This document shows positions 61,637 through 64,000 of a stretch of 64,000 bases of DNA, piece after piece. Where the stretch lies: positions 1,495,835 to 1,559,834 of the forward strand of contig CAWGXN010000001.1 of assembly GCA_963826605.1 (NCBI GenBank), given 5' to 3'. The notes below the pieces were generated by a model that was not told the DNA's origin, did no database searches, and worked only from the letters and a program-made list of their open reading frames with translations. Position 1 is the stretch's first letter, and each line of letters starts with the position of its first letter. Both the position numbers and the translations under genes were made by a program. This stretch comes from an uncultured Alphaproteobacteria bacterium. GTDB lineage: Bacteria; Pseudomonadota; Alphaproteobacteria; MPNO01; DASWLB01.

Positions 61637-62470
61637 CTACCCCTTCTTGCGGCGGCGAGCCGGCCTGGCGCCGGCGCCGAGGAAGGCCGTGATCGCCTCG
61701 GCCACCTCGTCCGGCCGCTCGAGATGCGCCATGTGGCCCGCCTCCTCGATCAGCGCCACCCGCGAATCGGCGATGGCGCCGGCGAAATCGTCGGCATAGG
61801 CGGGCACGCAGATCCGGTCCTCGCGGCCCCAGACGATCAGGGTCGGCGCCGCGATGCGGTGCAGATGCTTCTTCATCCCGCGGTCGGGAATGGGCCAGAC
61901 GAACTTGCCGGTGCAGGCCTGCGACCAGACGAGGTCGGTCAGCGTCTGCTGGCGCGCCTCGGGATCGTTGGGCACGCGGAAGAACCGCCCGGCCGCCTCG
62001 CCATCGGGCGCGGCGAACAGCGCCGACTTGCGCTCCGCGTCCGGCAGGATCATCCAGTTGCGTACCGGCCGCGCGTCGTTCCACAGCCCGACCGGGTCGA
62101 CCAGCGCCAGCTTGCCGGCGCGGCTGGGGAAGGTCGCGGCGATCTCGGCGGCCATCATCCCGCCGTAGGAATGGCCGGCGAGGTCGGGCGCGGCGAGGCC
62201 GAGCGCGTCGAACAGCTCGGCGTGGTAGATCATCAGATCCCACCAGTTGTCGATCCGGTGGACGGCGTTGGGGTCGCCCTTGGTGGTTCCCGGGTGGTGC
62301 GGCGCGTAGACCGTTCGCGTGGCGGCGAGGCGCGCGACGAACTCGCGGTCGGGCGCCAGGCCCCAGGGGCCGTGCAGCCAGACGAGCGGCGGTCCATCGC
62401 CCTGGATCTCGATTTCGGTCTCGACCGTGCCCTGCCACAGCCGGAGCCTGCGCGACTGCGCCTCCGCCAT
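61637..62470 (-). CDS. alpha/beta hydrolase fold protein
   Basis: 'LAGHSYGGMMAAE' nucleophile elbow (GxSxG) and 'LIVWGREDRI'. Confidence 0.8.
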   Translation of the reverse strand: MAEAQSRRLRLWQGTVETEIEIQGDGPPLVWLHGPWGLAPDREFVARLAATRTVYAPHHPGTTKGDPNAVHRIDNWWDLMIYHAELFDALGLAAPDLAGHSYGGMMAAEIAATFPSRAGKLALVDPVGLWNDARPVRNWMILPDAERKSALFAAPDGEAAGRFFRVPNDPEARQQTLTDLVWSQACTGKFVWPIPDRGMKKHLHRIAAPTLIVWGREDRICVPAYADDFAGAIADSRVALIEEAGHMAHLERPDEVAEAITAFLGAGARPARRRKKG

Positions 62471-62507
62471 CGATTCCTCCGTTGTCTTGGTTATGCCGCC
62501 CGGACGG

Positions 62508-63734
62508 TCACTCGGCGGCCGCGGCGCGCGCGCCGTTGCGCAGCCGCTCCGGCCACCAGCGGTCCTCCCATTCGTCGTCCCACAGCCCTTCGAGATGCGG
62601 CAGGACCTCGCGGCAGAACAGGTCGATGTTCTTCTTGCACAGCTCGGTCGGCATCGAGCCGAAATGGAGCAGCGTCAGCAGATGGCCGATGCGCAGCCGC
62701 TTGACGCCTTCCAGAAGCTGCTCGGTGACGGTCTTGGGGCTGCCGGTGACGACGAAGCCGCGCTCGCGGAAATCCTTGAACGACATGGCGCGGAGATCGA
62801 CCGCCTCGCGGCCGGTATTGCCCATCGCGCGCACCAGCGAATCGTATTCCAGGCAGCCCGGGATCGCCTGGTAGTAGCTCGGCGTGTAGAGCAGCTTGTG
62901 GAAGAAATATTCCGCGTGCGCCGCATACTCCTCGGCCTCCGCATCGGTCTCGGACACGCCGACGAGCTGCAGGAAGCTGAACCGGTAGGGGTTGGCGTCG
63001 CGCCCCTTCTCCGCCGCCATCTCCCAGTAGCGGTCGCCCACCTGGGTGGCATTCTTCGCGCCGAAATAGCTGAGGTGGCAGAAGCAGTCGTCGCGCTCCA
63101 CCACATACTCGGCCGTCGACGAAATTCCCGAGCCGGGGATCCAGATCGGCGGGTGCGGCTGCTGGATCGGGCGCGGCCAGAGATTGACCATCGGAAGCTG
63201 GTAGTGCTTGCCGTTCCAGGCGAACACCTCCTTCGCGCTCCACGCCTTGACGACCAGGTTCAGCGCCTCGCGGAAGCGCTCGCGCTGGTCGATCGGCACG
63301 ACGCCGTTCGAGATCGTCGCGTCGGTCGGCAGGCCGGTCGGGAACCCCGCCACCAGCCGCCCGCCGGAAATGCAGTCGAGCATCGCGTACTCCTCCGCGA
63401 TGCGCGTCGGCGGGCTGGTCGACGGCAGGGTCGAGCCGATCTGGATGATGGCCGTGTCCATGCCGGCCGTCTGGCGCGCCAGCACCGCCCCCATCAGGCT
63501 GGGGTTCGCCATGAAGCCGTAGACGTTCTGGTGGTGCTGGTTGGTGCAGAGCCCGTGCATGCCGGCCCGGGCGGCATGGGTCATCTCGTCCAGCGTGGCG
63601 TTGTAGTAGCCGCCGACTTTGTCGGCGTCCGCCACGTCGAACCATACCGGATCGAGATAGGCCGAGTTGTAGCGGCTTTCGTAGTCCGCGGGCAGGTCGC
63701 GGTACGGCATCAGGTGGAACATGCAGACTTTCAT
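62508..63734 (-). CDS. LLM-class flavin-dependent oxidoreductase
   Basis: 'MKVCMFHLMPY' N-terminus and luciferase-like TIM-barrel features. Second LLM enzyme in the window. Confidence 0.75.
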   Translation of the reverse strand: MKVCMFHLMPYRDLPADYESRYNSAYLDPVWFDVADADKVGGYYNATLDEMTHAARAGMHGLCTNQHHQNVYGFMANPSLMGAVLARQTAGMDTAIIQIGSTLPSTSPPTRIAEEYAMLDCISGGRLVAGFPTGLPTDATISNGVVPIDQRERFREALNLVVKAWSAKEVFAWNGKHYQLPMVNLWPRPIQQPHPPIWIPGSGISSTAEYVVERDDCFCHLSYFGAKNATQVGDRYWEMAAEKGRDANPYRFSFLQLVGVSETDAEAEEYAAHAEYFFHKLLYTPSYYQAIPGCLEYDSLVRAMGNTGREAVDLRAMSFKDFRERGFVVTGSPKTVTEQLLEGVKRLRIGHLLTLLHFGSMPTELCKKNIDLFCREVLPHLEGLWDDEWEDRWWPERLRNGARAAAAE

Positions 63735-63887
63735 GGCGATCCCTCCCGTCACGCCGGCGCCGATGGCCGTAAGGAGCTTAGACCAGCGCTTCGGTCGTGG
63801 CCAGAGCGGCAGGCGGAACCCCCCTTTGGGATCGACGTTACCGGTGCAAGCGCTGGTCGCGCGTCAGGCGCGGAAAGGCTGGCTCCC

Positions 63888-64000
63888 ATGACGAATCCCG
63901 TGAAGATGGCGCTGTCCGCCGCGCTCGGGTGCGCACTGGCCATCGCGGCGCACGCCGCTCCGCCGCCCGACGTCAATCCCGCCTTTGCCCGTTGGTTCAA
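63888..64000 (+). CDS. 5' end of a secreted protein gene (truncated by the window edge)
   Basis: 'MTNPVKMALSAALGCALAIAAHAAPPPD' is signal-peptide-like. Confidence 0.4.
   Translation, partial: MTNPVKMALSAALGCALAIAAHAAPPPDVNPAFARWF

Overview
High-GC (about 68%) alphaproteobacterial chromosome segment, probably Sphingomonadales/Caulobacterales-like, judged from HWE histidine kinase, FlbD-type activator, ihfA-merR-tRNA-Pro synteny and 'LRFARNDG'-type repeats. Content in order: (1) a class-II flagellar block fliN-motA-flbD-flhA-flhF-flhG plus a coupled 130-aa orphan ORF (80-7151, + strand), in which fliN, motA, flbD and flhA are broken by many single-base indels while flhF and flhG are intact. 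(2) A metabolic stretch with amidohydrolases, enoyl-CoA hydratase, CoA-transferase, tandem SDRs, gluQ, esterase, cytochrome b561, LLM oxidoreductase, FAD oxidase, a Zn-ribbon SAM methyltransferase, a coupled speH-speE polyamine pair, tandem class-II aldolases and a PhtD-like decarboxylase. (3) tRNA-Gly, followed by a sensor HWE kinase, two tandem MFS pumps, gentisate 1,2-dioxygenase and a 725-aa secreted protein. (4) A 14-kb co-directional minus-strand array ending in a four-subunit group-3b-like [NiFe] hydrogenase operon (hydB, cNMP-binding ORF, hydG, hydD, hydA, hupD-like protease). Upstream in the same array are an IclR regulator, a NitT/TauT ABC importer, acyl-CoA dehydrogenase, ADP-forming acyl-CoA synthetase, enoyl-CoA hydratase and nitronate monooxygenase. 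(5) tRNA-Pro, merR, ihfA, fabH, plsX, rpmF, yceD and a Cbp3-like gene (housekeeping). (6) bamE, an FAH hydrolase, a VOC protein, a ClC channel, MFS transporters, a MetE-like protein, an alpha/beta hydrolase and a second LLM oxidoreductase. Several small palindromic repeat families (REP/MITE-like) sit between convergent genes, in a divergent promoter and, once, in-frame inside the hydrogenase maturation protease gene. The assembly carries scattered single-base frameshifts even in essential genes (fabH, plsX), so many 'pseudogenes' here are probably indel artefacts. The indel density in the flagellar genes is far above that background.
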